Shown in pieces: positions 30,679 through 42,095 of a stretch of 64,000 nucleotides of DNA. Each line of letters opens with the position of its first letter. Within the stretch, counting starts at the first letter, position 1. The position numbers and the translations under genes are program-made. A model generated the notes under the pieces. It was not told the DNA's origin, made no database searches, and was given only the letters and a program-made list of their open reading frames with translations. Origin of the DNA: an uncultured Bacillota bacterium. GTDB lineage: Bacteria; Sysuimicrobiota; Sysuimicrobiia; Sysuimicrobiales; Segetimicrobiaceae. Location of the stretch: NCBI GenBank assembly GCA_963804645.1, contig CAWDRG010000015.1:224001-288000 (forward strand), in the 5' to 3' direction.

Positions 30679-31209
30679 CCGTCCCTTCAGGACTTCGAGC
30701 GGCCGTCCCGGCGGCAACCGCCAGCGGCGCGGCGCGTTGACGTCGACGTATTCCGTGGGGGAAAGCGCAACTTCCCGCTACCCCGTGATCGCAAATTGCC
30801 CAGAATATCAACCGACGGTTGGCGGCGTCCGCACTCGTACTGGTCAGTCACGAGTTCAAATCCGGGCGCCGGCTCTACTGTTAAAGGCGTTTCCACGATC
30901 CGGGGCCTCTCGCAAACGTCCCGTTGGGACACGGGTCCCTCCGTGCCGCTGCGACCAATTTGCAGACTGTCTTCTTTGCCGAAGCATCGGTTCCGCTGAA
31001 TCGGGCGCAACTCCCCTGGGAGGATGAAGGTGAGCCCGGGCAGTCTCAAGGCGAGTTCGCACAATATTGATGCGCACGATGCCGTGCCCGCTCTTGCCAG
31101 CGGGCTCGCAAAAATACAACGTGCGCCCGATTGCGGCACCGGCGATAACTAGTCTATTTTGTGCAGTATAAACGTCCTAGGGTTAGCTATCCCCAAAGGA
31201 GCAGCCGCC

Positions 31210-31926
31210 ATGTCTCAAGGCGGTCATACCGGTCGACCAGCGGGACCCGACGGCTCCGACGAGCCGGGTGAGCGTGGGTCCGTTGGGGTGCAGCAGGCAC
31301 TGCGGCTGTTTGGCAACACGACCGACGGGGTGATGGCCGTGGACCGGGACGGTCGCGTCGTCCTGTGGACCCATGCAGCGGAGCGCCTCCTAGGGTACGT
31401 GGCGTCGGAGGTGGTGGGCCGGCGCTGTTACGAGATCCTGCGGGGAAGCGACGAGCACGGAAACGTGCTCTGTCATCTGCACTGTCACGTTCTTACGATG
31501 GCCAAGCGGCGCCGACCGGCGCACGCCCACGACGTTTGGACCCGCCGCAAGGATGGGGCGGAGCGCTGGCTGAATGTCAGCACGGTGCTGGTGCCCGACG
31601 GCGAAGGGACCATCGTGGTGCACCTCATGCGGGACGTCACCGGCAGCCGAACGCCTCAGCGCGCGGTCGAGATCTTGTTGCGCCGGTTCCAAGCGGGCGC
31701 CGCGCCTCCGCTGCGGACGAACGGAGATCTCCCGGCAGCCCTGACGGCGCGAGAGCGCGAGATTCTGGCATTCTTGGCGTCGGGCGAGAGCACCCGCATC
31801 ATCGCCCGGCGACTGTTCATCAGTACCGCAACGGTGCGTAACCACACGCAGAGCATCCTGGTGAAGCTCGGGGTGCACAGCCGCCTCGCGGCCGTGGCGC
31901 TAGCGTTGCGATCCGGGTCGGGGTAG
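31210..31926 (+). CDS. PAS-domain LuxR-family regulator
   Basis: PAS region (DGVMAVDRDGRVVLW...VVGRRC) plus an LTAREREIL...TVRNHTQSILVKLGVHSR HTH. Confidence 0.92.
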   Translation: MSQGGHTGRPAGPDGSDEPGERGSVGVQQALRLFGNTTDGVMAVDRDGRVVLWTHAAERLLGYVASEVVGRRCYEILRGSDEHGNVLCHLHCHVLTMAKRRRPAHAHDVWTRRKDGAERWLNVSTVLVPDGEGTIVVHLMRDVTGSRTPQRAVEILLRRFQAGAAPPLRTNGDLPAALTAREREILAFLASGESTRIIARRLFISTATVRNHTQSILVKLGVHSRLAAVALALRSGSG

Positions 31927-32281
31927 TCGTTCCGCCCGTGTCGCCTCGTGAGTGTCCGGTTCCCGGCAGAGTGGGACGCCGGTGTTGTACGGCGACGTGT
32001 TCTGGCCGGCCACTCGGAGACCGGGAGTGAGGAGCACGTTCTACCGTCTTTGAGCCACGCCACAACCACCGAGGCCACATGACACGATTGGCGACACGAT
32101 TGGCGAATTGCAGGCTGGCGTTCGAACGACGTGTCGTACAGCCGACCAAGCGGTCGGGCAGCGCGGTATGTTTCCCTCAACCCGCGCGAAGGGCTGGCCG
32201 ATGGGCAACTCATCATGGCCGAGCTGTCTGTCAGATGGAAAGATCGGCGCGTCCGGGTGATCCCGGATCGGTGGTCTGGAC

Positions 32282-33241
32282 ATGCGCGACGCTGACTTAA
32301 CGATTCGCCGGATCACCCTGCCGGTGCCGTTCCCCCTCAAGACGGCAAACGTGTATCTTGTCGGCACCCCCGGCGGGACGATTCTGGTCGATACCGCCTT
32401 CTACACGCCCGACGCATGGGAGCGCCTGCGGACCGAGGTGATCACGTTCACGGCCGATTGTGGCCCACTGCGCGCGATCGTCCTGACCCACCATCATCCA
32501 GACCATGTCGGCATGGCCGGCCGCCTTCAGGAGTACTATGAAATTCCCGTGCTGGCGTCTCCGGGGGAGGCCAAGCTGATCGCACAAGTGTGGGGTCCGT
32601 GCGCGGGCCGTCACGACACGGAGTTCTACCGGTTGCACGGGATGCCTGCGATCGTCCTCGACACCGTCACGAGAGAGCATGAGGGGTTGCTCTTGGCTCT
32701 TGCACCGTTGCCACGTGTCGAGGTCATCATCGCTGGCCGGCCGCTCGCGTTCGGAGGGCTCGAGTTCGCTCCCGTGATTACCCCGGGGCACTCGCCGGCG
32801 CATCTCTGCCTCTGGCATGCCGCCTCGGGTAGCCTGCTCGTCGGTGACCATCTGCTCCCGCGCATTACTCCGAACATCGGTTGGGACCCGTATTCGGGCT
32901 CCGATCCGCTCGACGACTTCCTTGCCGCTCTGGGCGAAGTCGAGCGCCTGTTCGTGCAGAAGGCGTATCCGGGGCACGGCTTGCCGATCGACGACGTCAG
33001 CGCACGGATCACCGAGTTACGAGTGCACCACGCCGAGCGCCTCCATGCGACTCGCGCACTGCTGGATGGGGACGCGCTCACGGGGTACCAGGTCGCCGAG
33101 CGGCTGTTCGGCGCCGATCTATCGCCGCAGGAGGTACGGTTCGCGGTAGTCGAGACGCTCGCCCACCTCGAATACCTGCGGCGTCGTGGCGACATCGCGA
33201 CCGAGCGGCGGGGTCGTCACGTAGTCTACCGCGTGCGATGA
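32282..33241 (+). CDS. MBL-fold metallohydrolase with C-terminal winged helix
   Basis: Motifs LTHHHPDHVG, TPGHSPAH, GDHLLPRITPN and PGHG. Confidence 0.93.
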   Translation: MRDADLTIRRITLPVPFPLKTANVYLVGTPGGTILVDTAFYTPDAWERLRTEVITFTADCGPLRAIVLTHHHPDHVGMAGRLQEYYEIPVLASPGEAKLIAQVWGPCAGRHDTEFYRLHGMPAIVLDTVTREHEGLLLALAPLPRVEVIIAGRPLAFGGLEFAPVITPGHSPAHLCLWHAASGSLLVGDHLLPRITPNIGWDPYSGSDPLDDFLAALGEVERLFVQKAYPGHGLPIDDVSARITELRVHHAERLHATRALLDGDALTGYQVAERLFGADLSPQEVRFAVVETLAHLEYLRRRGDIATERRGRHVVYRVR

Positions 33242-33463
33242 CGTTGGATCCACCTGCTGCGGAAACGCTTTGGCGCTTGTTCGAAAGAAGTGATGTTGTC
33301 GGGTACTATCCCTGCCGCGGGACTGTGGAATCGGGTTGATGTCACGTCGCCGCTGTGGGGCAGCGACCGGAGCCATTCAACGAACCGCTCAGCGGCCCCG
33401 ACGATGCGAAGTTCGCCACCGATCTCTCGCGGCGTTCCGGTGCGGTGCGCGCGGCAGTGGGCG

Positions 33464-34090
33464 TCAGCTGGCCTTCGACCCCCTCGACGCCACATCGCCG
33501 CGTTGACCGGGGACCGCGGCCAACGCGCCCGTGCGCAACATCGCGACGGCGTAATCGCCGAACTGGATGGCGATCTCAACAGCCGGGTGCTCCCCGTCGG
33601 GCCGGCACCAGCGCGCGACCCAGCTGAGCATGCCGAGCAGCGCAAACCCGGCAAGCCGCACATCGGCGGGCGCAAACTCGCCGGTGCGGATGCCGTCGCT
33701 GATGATGCGACGGCATCAGGCGCTCGTACCGATCAGGTCCGCCGATGACGGCGTCGCGGAACTCTGGGGCCAACAACCGTCCTTCCTCGATGGAGCACTC
33801 CACGTTGTCACGGTCGTGCGCGAGAATCAGGACGTGAAGCCGCACCGCCTGGCGCAACCGTTCGGCGGCCGGGAGCGGCACGGTCGCGATCTGCTCGAGG
33901 CTCGGGAGCGCCCGGTCAACCGTGTGCTGGATGATTTCATCGGGCAGCGCCTGTTTGCTGCGGATGTGATGATACAATGACGCTTTCGTTAGCCCGACGG
34001 CCTCGGCGATCTCGCGCATCGTAGTGCGATCGAAGCGGCGCTGGCGGAACAGCCCCGCTGCGGCGCGCAAGATCCGGACGCGGCTGCCGC
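33464..34090 (-). pseudogene. TetR-family (KstR2-like) regulator, frameshifted near 33715
   Basis: Reads RILRAAAGLF...TTMREIAEAVGLTKASLYHH. The C-terminus GIRTGEF...LGMLSWVARW is in another frame. The start is unclear. Confidence 0.8.
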
Positions 34091-34497
34091 ATCGACCAGC
34101 TCGCCCGGGTGGGCGCCGACCGATTTGCTGGCCGCGTCGCGTTCCGGGAGCTCCGACTCGTCGCCCATCTCCGTGCGCTCCTTCACCCGCCTCATGCCGC
34201 GTCAAGGCCTGTGTCGCGTCTTGCATGCCCGATCCTCGCCTACACGCGGAGCCTATCCCGTCTGACCGCATGAGGCGTTTGGATCATCTCCGGCGGGTCG
34301 ACAGACCCCCGCAGCGCCGTTCGTTGTGGCAATCCCGGAACTGTGGCGATCCCGGCAAGATGATGCAAACGCTTCATTGTCAGGTCGCCGTTGATGCGGC
34401 ATTCTGAGGATATACATGCCAACCGGCCGGTTGGGGAGATCCGGTGATGCGGGCGCAGTCGACCCCCTCGCCGACGGGCGGCCGGCCTGGGGGAGGA

Positions 34498-35673
34498 ATG
34501 CCTGTGACCGCGGACCAGGCACTGGCGGGGATTTTTGACGACAGCCGTGCCCTGGTAGAGGATCCCACGTATCCTGCCGTCCGCCGCTGGCGAGAGGCGA
34601 ACCCCGGGGGGCACGTGTTGGGGCACTTTCAAGTGTACTTCCCCGAGGAGATCGCCCACGCCGCCGGGATGCTGCCAGTCAAGGTCCTCGGCGGCGGGAG
34701 TGCGGTCCAGATCCGCAAGGCCGACGCTCGGATCGCCGCATTCGTATGCTCGATCCTGCGCAGTTCCCTTGAGCTCGCCCTCAGCGGTCAGTTGGACTTT
34801 CTCTCGCTGTATGTCGTGCCGACGATCTGCGACGCCTCCCGGCACGCCTGCGGCGTGTGGGCGCGGAACGTGCCGGCGCTCCCGTGTCAGGTACTCTATT
34901 TTCCACAGAACGCCGGCTCTCCGCACGCGGTCCGCTATCTGGCCGAAGAGTACCGACGCGTCGCGAATCTGATCGGCGAGGTCACAGGGCGTCCGGTCAC
35001 GGACGATCACGTGTGCCGCAGCATCGCCGTGTTCAACGAGAACCGGCGCTTGTTGAGAGAATTGTACCGCATGAAGCGGGACGCTCCCTGGCTCCTGACG
35101 GCCGTTGAAGCGTACGTCCTGACGCGCGCCGCCGGCCTGATGCCGCGTGAGGAGCACAACTGCGTGCTGCGCCGGGTATTCGAGTTACTGCCGCAGCGAT
35201 CGGCGAAGCGGCAGGACAAGATCCGCGTCGTCTTCGAGGGCGGATTCTGCGAGCAGCCTCCCATTGACATGCTCGCGGTCATCCAGGACGCGTGCTATAT
35301 CGTGGATGATGATCTGCTGATCGGTCTCCGCTGGCTCACTGACGACGTCTCGCCCGACGGCGACCCTTTCACGAACCTGGCTGCGGCGTACCTGCACGGC
35401 GCTCGCTACAGCCCCGTGCAACGCGATCCCGGCAAGCCCGTTTCGGAGATGCTACTGCGCCGACTCCGCGACGCCGGGGCCGATGCCGCGATTGTGGCGG
35501 CCGCCAAGATGTGCGAGCCGGGGCTCGAGGAGCAGGTTCGCCACATCCGGGCGCTCGACGAGGCCGGGATCCCGCACCTGGTGCTGGAGTTTGAAGAGAA
35601 GATGACCGTGTTCGAGCAGGTCCGGATGGAGATCGAGACCTTCGCCGAGTCGTTGCTGTTCGATTTCGCGTAG
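34498..35673 (+). CDS. bcrC: Benzoyl-CoA reductase subunit C-like (HgdB/BcrC family)
   Basis: Motifs YFPEEIAHAAG, VCSILRS, PTICD, GGFCEQPP and KMCEPGL. Confidence 0.82.
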   Translation: MPVTADQALAGIFDDSRALVEDPTYPAVRRWREANPGGHVLGHFQVYFPEEIAHAAGMLPVKVLGGGSAVQIRKADARIAAFVCSILRSSLELALSGQLDFLSLYVVPTICDASRHACGVWARNVPALPCQVLYFPQNAGSPHAVRYLAEEYRRVANLIGEVTGRPVTDDHVCRSIAVFNENRRLLRELYRMKRDAPWLLTAVEAYVLTRAAGLMPREEHNCVLRRVFELLPQRSAKRQDKIRVVFEGGFCEQPPIDMLAVIQDACYIVDDDLLIGLRWLTDDVSPDGDPFTNLAAAYLHGARYSPVQRDPGKPVSEMLLRRLRDAGADAAIVAAAKMCEPGLEEQVRHIRALDEAGIPHLVLEFEEKMTVFEQVRMEIETFAESLLFDFA

Positions 35674-35686
35674 CGGAGGGCTGCTG

Positions 35687-36997
35687 GTGACGACGGTGAC
35701 GCAGGCGCCGAGCGAGGACAGGGCGGCGGACCTCGAGGGCGCGATCCGGCGGGAAGGCCGCCGGCTCATGGATCTGTGGTGGCAGGCGATGCGCGACGCG
35801 GACGCCGCGGGGCGCCCGACCGCCTACGTGTTCGTCATGGGATCCCTCAACGAGATTCTGCGGTGCTTCGATCTGACGATTAACTGTCCGGAGATCACCG
35901 CGTTGCAGACCGCGGTCCGCGGGCAGTCGCTGAGGTATCTGCAGACCGCCGAGGACTACGGCTACTCGCCGGACATCTGCGGGTACGTGAAGACAGACGT
36001 TGGCTTGCACCTGACGGGGCGTGCCCACCCGCACGGGACGATTCCAAAGCCCGGCTTGGTGGTCGCGACAAACATGTGTAACACGTACATCAAGTGGGCG
36101 GAGATCTGGGAGCAGATGTACCACTGCCCGGTCTTCGTGCTCGACCTGCCGGCGTGGCGGGGGACCGAACCGGGTGGCGCGAGCGGCGGTATTTCCGAGC
36201 ACGATCGCCGCTACGTGGAGGCGCAGCTGCGCGACTTGATCGCGCTCTGCGAACGCGTCACCGGGAGGCGCTTTGACATCGACCGGTTACGCGAGACCCT
36301 GGCCGAGGTGAACCGGCTGGCCGTACGTTACCACGATGTGCTGGCACTCAATCAGCGCCGGCCGGCGCCGTTTAGCGCGCTGCGCGAGGGCATCGTGTTC
36401 CAGGGCATCTCCAACCTCTATCGCGGCGCGCCCGAGGGGACGGGCTTCTTCAAGGTCGCCCAAGCGGAGCTCGAGGCGCGGACGCGGCGCGGTGCGGGCG
36501 CGCTGCTCCAGGAACGGTTCCGCCTGCTCCTCTGCGGCACGACGTGCTACGCGTCGTTCAAGCGGTTCGCCGAGCTGTTCGAGGAATGGGGGGCGGTGTT
36601 CGTCCACAGCACCTACCTGGTGTTCGCGGGCGGCGGGTTTCCGCCCGGGTTCGCCTACGATCTCGCCCGGCCCATCGAAAGCCTGGCCGAACAGTTGCTG
36701 GCGTCGGCGTGGCAAGGATTCAGCGTCCCGATGTTCTACGCGCAGGGCTGGCTGGCGCAGACGGCGGCGGCGTGGGCGGTGGACGGCATCTGCTTCCACG
36801 GCGTCAAGTCGTGCCGTACCACGTCGACCGGCCTGCCCGATGTGCGCGAGTGGCTCAGGACCCACTGCGATATCCCGGGGCTGTTTATTCAATCCGACCT
36901 CGTCGATCCGCGGCTGTGGTCGGACGCGCAGCTCAAGAACCGCGTCGACGCGTTTCTGGAATCGCTGGCAGCCCGTCAGGACTCCGTACGGGGGTGA
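35687..36997 (+). CDS. bcrB: Benzoyl-CoA reductase subunit B-like
   Basis: Motifs [40 protein letters not shown] and SDLVDPR. Confidence 0.82.
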   Translation: MTTVTQAPSEDRAADLEGAIRREGRRLMDLWWQAMRDADAAGRPTAYVFVMGSLNEILRCFDLTINCPEITALQTAVRGQSLRYLQTAEDYGYSPDICGYVKTDVGLHLTGRAHPHGTIPKPGLVVATNMCNTYIKWAEIWEQMYHCPVFVLDLPAWRGTEPGGASGGISEHDRRYVEAQLRDLIALCERVTGRRFDIDRLRETLAEVNRLAVRYHDVLALNQRRPAPFSALREGIVFQGISNLYRGAPEGTGFFKVAQAELEARTRRGAGALLQERFRLLLCGTTCYASFKRFAELFEEWGAVFVHSTYLVFAGGGFPPGFAYDLARPIESLAEQLLASAWQGFSVPMFYAQGWLAQTAAAWAVDGICFHGVKSCRTTSTGLPDVREWLRTHCDIPGLFIQSDLVDPRLWSDAQLKNRVDAFLESLAARQDSVRG

Positions 36998-37002
36998 CAC
37001 GC

Positions 37003-37815
37003 ATGATCGTCGCCGGGGTCGATGTCGGTTCGACGCAGACGAAGGCCGTCGTCATGGACGACACCCAACGCATCCTCGGGCAGGCCCTCCTGGACACGGG
37101 AGCCCGGCTGACCGAGGTCGCCACCGCCGCGTTCCGGCTCGCGCTGGAGGCGGGCGGGTGCGCCGAGGGAGACGTAGCGTACGTCATCGGCACCGGCTAC
37201 GGCCGGTTTCGCGTCGAGTTCGGACACGCTCAGGTAACCGAGATCTCCTGCCACGCCCGCGGCGCCGTGTATCTCTTCCCGAGGACCCGTAGCGTGTTGG
37301 ATATCGGCGGCCAAGACACCAAGGCGATCCGCGTGAGCGAGACCGGACAGGTGTTGGATTTCTGCATGAACGACAAATGCTCTGCGGGAACTGGCCGCTT
37401 CCTGGGGGCCGCCTCGCACGCATTGGAGCTGCCCCTCGGCGATCTCGGGCCGCTCGCGCTGACGGCGAGGACGCCCGTGACCATGACCACCACGTGTACC
37501 GTGTTTGCGGAGTCGGAGATTCTCGGCTGGCTCGCCCGCGGCCGCAAGACCGAGGACGTGCTGATGGGCGTGCACGTCGCGATCGCGTCGCGCAGCCTGT
37601 CCCTGTTGCGTCGCGTCGGGATCGAACCCGAGATCACGTTCACCGGCGGTGTCGCCCGGAACGTCGCGATGGCGAAGCTGCTCGGAGAGTTCACCGGTGC
37701 TCCCGTCAACGTCAGCGAGGCATCGCACTACTGCGGCGCGATCGGCGCCGCGCTGCACGCGCTCGATCGCGCCAGGGCCGGAGCGGCAGCCGTGGCCGGA
37801 GCGTCCCGGGCATGA
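37003..37815 (+). CDS. BadF/BadG/BcrA/BcrD ASKHA ATPase activator subunit
   Basis: Motifs [36 protein letters not shown] and CTVFAESE. Confidence 0.93.
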   Translation: MIVAGVDVGSTQTKAVVMDDTQRILGQALLDTGARLTEVATAAFRLALEAGGCAEGDVAYVIGTGYGRFRVEFGHAQVTEISCHARGAVYLFPRTRSVLDIGGQDTKAIRVSETGQVLDFCMNDKCSAGTGRFLGAASHALELPLGDLGPLALTARTPVTMTTTCTVFAESEILGWLARGRKTEDVLMGVHVAIASRSLSLLRRVGIEPEITFTGGVARNVAMAKLLGEFTGAPVNVSEASHYCGAIGAALHALDRARAGAAAVAGASRA

Positions 37816-38621
37816 GCCTCACCGTCGGTATCGATCTGGGGTCCACGTACACCAAGGCGGTCGCGGCCGCTCCTGACGGAGCGATTCTCGGTAAGGTCGG
37901 GTTCCCGAGTGGGTATCACTTCGGCCGTGCAGCCGAGCGTGCGCTTGAGGCGGTGCTCGACGCCGGGGGCATTCCACGGGACCGGGTCGACTACGTCGCG
38001 GTGACGGGCTACGGGCGCTACATGGTGTCCTTTCGGGACCTCGCGATCACAGAGCTCACCTGCCACGCCTGGGCACTTTCTCGACTGTTCCCGGGGGTGC
38101 GGACGGTGCTGGACATTGGGGGCCAGACGGTGAAAGCGATCCGCCTGGACGCCCGGGGTCGCATCAAAGCGTTCCGTCTCAACGACAAGTGTGCCGCGGG
38201 CAGCGGCGCCTTCCTCGAGAAGACGGTGCGGTACCTGGGCTATCAGACGGCGGATATCGCCGGGCTCGCGGCCGCGGCCATGAGCCCGGCCACGATCTCC
38301 AGCACGTGCGCCGTGTTTGCCGAGTCCGAGGTGATCAACCACCTCACCGCCGGCCGTAGCGCCGAGGACGTGTGCGCCGGCGCTCTCATCGCGCTAGCCG
38401 AACGCGCCGGCCAGGTCTTCAAGCGGGTCAAGCCTGAAGCGGAGTATGCCCTGAGCGGAGGGCTGACCCGGATTCCGCAGATGCGCAAGGCACTGGAGGC
38501 CGCCGTCGGCGGCACTTTCCACGTGGCCCCGGACGATCTGGGCGTCTATGCGGGCGCGATCGGAGCCGCCACACTTGCCCAGGAGCGGATCCGCAAGTTG
38601 GCTGTCCAAGCAACCCGGTAA
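37812..38621 (+). CDS. Second BadF/BadG/BcrA/BcrD ATPase activator subunit
   Basis: Motifs [31 protein letters not shown] and [12 protein letters not shown] overlap. Confidence 0.93.
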   Translation: MSLTVGIDLGSTYTKAVAAAPDGAILGKVGFPSGYHFGRAAERALEAVLDAGGIPRDRVDYVAVTGYGRYMVSFRDLAITELTCHAWALSRLFPGVRTVLDIGGQTVKAIRLDARGRIKAFRLNDKCAAGSGAFLEKTVRYLGYQTADIAGLAAAAMSPATISSTCAVFAESEVINHLTAGRSAEDVCAGALIALAERAGQVFKRVKPEAEYALSGGLTRIPQMRKALEAAVGGTFHVAPDDLGVYAGAIGAATLAQERIRKLAVQATR

Positions 38622-38632
38622 GGAGGACTCGC

Positions 38633-40216
38633 ATGGAGCGGACGATGATTCCCATTGTCGAGGTTCCCGAGGCGTTCAACGTCTCCACCGCCTTCTTGGA
38701 CCGGCATTTGGAAGACGGAAAGGGCGACCGGATCGCGATCTACGCGGGGGACGACCAGATCACATACCGTACCCTCCTCGAGCAGGTGAGTCGGGCTGGC
38801 AACGCGCTCAAAGCCCTCGGGGTCAGGCCCGACGAGCGCGTCTTCCTGCTACTTCCGGACACCCCGGAGCTCGCCTATCTATTCTGGGGCGCGATCCGCA
38901 TCGGCGCCGTCGCGGTCCCCACGAACACGGGACTGCGCGCCCAAGACTACGCCCGCATGCTCCGGGACAGCCAGGCGACCACGCTGGTGGTCAGCGACGC
39001 CCTGCTCCCGGTGGTGGAGGGTGTCCTGGCCGAGGCCCCACGTCTCCGGCACATGGTGGTCGCCGGTGAGCGCGGGGCCGGCCCCCTGATTCTTCACGAC
39101 CTGCTGGCGGCCGCCGACCCGATCCTCGCGCCCGCGGCGACCCACAAGGACCAGGCCGCGTTCTGGCTGTGGAGTAGCGGTAGCACGGGCGCGCCCAAGG
39201 GCGCGGTCCACCTGCACCACGACATGGTGGTCGCAGCCGAGCTGTATGCGCGGCAGATCCTCGGCATCGATGAGCACGACGTCTGCTTTTCAATCGCGAA
39301 GCTGTTTTTCGCCTATGGGCTCGGCAACGGCCTGTACTTTCCGATGCGCGTGGGCGCCGCCACCGTGCTCGACCCCGGCCGATTCGATCCGCGTGCGTCC
39401 TTCGAGTTGATCCGTCGCTACCGGCCGACGCTGTTCTTCGGGGTGCCCACCGCGTACGCCGCGATGCTGGAATCGGATGGGCCAGCAGATCTCGACGGGG
39501 TGCGGCTCTGTGTGTCGGCTGGCGAGCCACTGCCGCCGGCCCTCTGGAAGCGCTGGGTCGCTCGGTTCGGGGTTGAGATCCTGGACGGGATCGGCTCCAC
39601 CGAGGCCCTGCACATCTATGTCAGTAACCGCCCCGGGCGGGTCCGGCCAGGGAGCACCGGCGAGATCGTTCCCGGCTACGCCGTCCGGGTAATCGACGAG
39701 GACGGACGTGATGTCGAGGCCGGCACGATCGGCGACCTCCTCGTTCGGGGGGACAGCATCGCGGCGTTCTACTGGAATCAGCACGAGCGGACGAAGCAGG
39801 TGTTCCTCGGCGAGTGGTTCCGCACTGGGGACAAGTACTATCACGATGATGATGGATACTACTGGTACTGCGGCCGATCGGACGACATGCTCAAAGTCGG
39901 CGGGCAGTGGGTTTCTCCCGCCGAGGTGGAGGCGGCGCTGGTCGAGCACTCCGCCGTGCTCGAGGCAGCGGTGGTCGGCAGCGCCGACCGGGACGAGCTG
40001 ATCAAGCCCCGCGCATTCGTCGTCCTGCGGGCGGGGTATGCGCCATCACCCGATCTCGCCCGTGCGCTCCAGCACTCCGTCCGCGACAAGCTTGCCCCGT
40101 TCAAGTACCCGAGGTGGATCGAGTTCCTCCCGGAGCTTCCCAAGACCACGACGGGAAAGATCCAGCGCTTCCGGCTGCGCGAACGCCTCGCGGGAACCCC
40201 GTCGCTCGTCTCCTGA
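38633..40216 (+). CDS. Benzoate-CoA ligase family protein
   Basis: Motifs WLWSSGSTGAPKG, KLFFAYGLGN, SAGEPLP, DGIGSTE and KYPRWIEF. Confidence 0.93.
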   Translation: MERTMIPIVEVPEAFNVSTAFLDRHLEDGKGDRIAIYAGDDQITYRTLLEQVSRAGNALKALGVRPDERVFLLLPDTPELAYLFWGAIRIGAVAVPTNTGLRAQDYARMLRDSQATTLVVSDALLPVVEGVLAEAPRLRHMVVAGERGAGPLILHDLLAAADPILAPAATHKDQAAFWLWSSGSTGAPKGAVHLHHDMVVAAELYARQILGIDEHDVCFSIAKLFFAYGLGNGLYFPMRVGAATVLDPGRFDPRASFELIRRYRPTLFFGVPTAYAAMLESDGPADLDGVRLCVSAGEPLPPALWKRWVARFGVEILDGIGSTEALHIYVSNRPGRVRPGSTGEIVPGYAVRVIDEDGRDVEAGTIGDLLVRGDSIAAFYWNQHERTKQVFLGEWFRTGDKYYHDDDGYYWYCGRSDDMLKVGGQWVSPAEVEAALVEHSAVLEAAVVGSADRDELIKPRAFVVLRAGYAPSPDLARALQHSVRDKLAPFKYPRWIEFLPELPKTTTGKIQRFRLRERLAGTPSLVS

Positions 40217-40328
40217 AGCGCCGTCTTGCGCGCGGGCGGGCGCCGGACGACCATGGGTTGATGTCTCGTGGTGCCTGTCCGCGTCGGGTCCGTAGCGGAG
40301 GCGTAGATCATGCCGGCCCGCAGCGCCG

Positions 40329-41090
40329 TCAGGGTGTCTCCGCCGCCTCCGCCGCGACGCCTAGCCCTTCCAGCGCCAGCCCGTAGCCGAGGAGGTCGTG
40401 CATCAGACGCTTCACCTGCTGCACCAGGAGGATGCGGCTGTACCGTCGCACGAGCCGCGGGCGCGACGCCAGTTGTTCCGCGAGGGCCCACGCCCGCGGC
40501 AGCAGTTCATGCCGCGGCAGCACTTCGTTGACGAGCCCGACGTCGCGGGCCTCCGCGGCGGTCAACGTTTGTCCTGTAAGGAGGAAGTACCGTGCGCGGT
40601 TGAGTCCCAGCAGCAGGGGGTAGACCACGTGCAGCCCGTCCCCCGGGACCATGGAGTTCGAAAAATGAGCGGAGTCCTGGAAGGTCGTGTGCTCGGCAGC
40701 CAGCACAATGTCGCACAGCAAGGGGATTTCCGAATGGCGCGGTGCCGGGCCATTGATGGCGCTGATCATCGGCACCTCGATATCCAAGAGGTTCATCAGC
40801 ATCCGCTTGCCCTCGAACGAGGTCCGATCCCACTCGGCCGGGGTACGCCGCGGCCGAACCGCGGGCGTGGCCGGGGGACCGGAGAATGCATCGCCCGCCC
40901 CGGTCAAAATGATGACCTCGTTCTCGGGATCGCGTCCGATCTGGTGGAATGCGTCGATCAGCTCATGGTGGGGCACCTGGCCCCACTGGAGCGTGTTCCC
41001 ATTCGTGTGGAGGGTGACCTGCAGGATGCCGTTCCGTCGCTCCAGGCGGATCATGGTATACTTGCCGGTATAGTCGTCGAAGCATGCCAT
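40329..41090 (-). CDS. Crotonase-family protein (6-oxocamphor hydrolase-like)
   Basis: Motifs VIILTGAG, PMISAINGP, FQDSAHF, VPGDG and RARYFLLTGQ. Confidence 0.88.
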   Translation of the reverse strand: MACFDDYTGKYTMIRLERRNGILQVTLHTNGNTLQWGQVPHHELIDAFHQIGRDPENEVIILTGAGDAFSGPPATPAVRPRRTPAEWDRTSFEGKRMLMNLLDIEVPMISAINGPAPRHSEIPLLCDIVLAAEHTTFQDSAHFSNSMVPGDGLHVVYPLLLGLNRARYFLLTGQTLTAAEARDVGLVNEVLPRHELLPRAWALAEQLASRPRLVRRYSRILLVQQVKRLMHDLLGYGLALEGLGVAAEAAETP

Positions 41091-41162
41091 CTGCGCCCTC
41101 CCCTTCAGCGGGCCTCATCCGCGATGATCGACGATCACGCGCGGTCGAGCCTTCAGTCGCGA

Positions 41163-41885
41163 TTACGTTGCGAGGCGTTCCACCCACGCCAAGTGGCGCC
41201 GGATGGTGTCCGAGAACCGCTCAGGGGTCTCGAGCTGGAGCATGTGTGGGCCCTCGACGAACTCCAGCCGGCTGTTCGGCAGACGTCGCTGGATCTCGCG
41301 TAGACCCTCGGCGGGGGAAGCGGCGTCGTGGGTGCCAACCACCACCGTCACTAGAGCGGTGATTCGTGACAACTCGTCGAGCGTGTTATGCTCCGCCATG
41401 GCACGCCACGTGCGTGCGAACGCCTCGGGGTCGTCGGACAGCAGCCGCTGGCGCGCGTACGCGACGCCCGGATGGGCCGGCTGCGCCAGCGCCGATGACG
41501 TAAACCACCGCTGCAGCGTCGAGTCCAGCACCGACGCCATCCCGCCGTCCAATACGGCTTGCGCGCGCTCCAGCAGCCGGTCCCGGTGCGCCACCGCAGA
41601 CGTGCACGCAAGCACGACCGACCGTACCTTCGACGGGTGCCGCAGCGCGATGTGCTGCGCGATCAACCCTCCCATTGACACGCCCACGAGGTCCAGCGGG
41701 GGCGCGAACGACGCCGCCACCTCGTCGGCGCCGGCGGTGAGGGACCACGTGCCGCGCTCGGTAATGCGGCGGCCGTGTCCGAGCATCTCCGGCTTTCCGG
41801 CGTGCGCTAGGTCCGGATCCAGGAACTGCCAGCAGTCCGCGTCGAGTCCCACTGGATGCAGCAGCACGAGCGTCACCCGAATCAC
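41163..41885 (-). CDS. Alpha/beta hydrolase (PcaD-like)
   Basis: Motifs LLHPVG, GVSMGG nucleophile elbow, GTHD and GPHM. The start is approximate. Confidence 0.88.
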   Translation of the reverse strand: MIRVTLVLLHPVGLDADCWQFLDPDLAHAGKPEMLGHGRRITERGTWSLTAGADEVAASFAPPLDLVGVSMGGLIAQHIALRHPSKVRSVVLACTSAVAHRDRLLERAQAVLDGGMASVLDSTLQRWFTSSALAQPAHPGVAYARQRLLSDDPEAFARTWRAMAEHNTLDELSRITALVTVVVGTHDAASPAEGLREIQRRLPNSRLEFVEGPHMLQLETPERFSDTIRRHLAWVERLAT

Positions 41886-42095
41886 CCCCGCGGGTTGCCG
41901 CGATCGGCGCCAGCCTGATCGTGCGGGCGGCGATCCCCCGGGACCCGCCGCCGCAGGCCGATGCGGCGTCTTTGCCGTCTCGATCAAAAATGGGACGGTC
42001 TGCTATTATTAGCGCAATTCGTTGCGGGCGTCGCACACGCCTTTCCGCGCCGGAGACGCGACCGCCGGCCTGTCGGACCGAGGAGGTACATCGTC

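Noticed and set aside
32081..32104. 12-bp tandem repeat GACACGATTGGC x2 upstream of the MBL hydrolase
   Set aside because: Only two units and no second instance noticed, so a binding site cannot be told from slippage.
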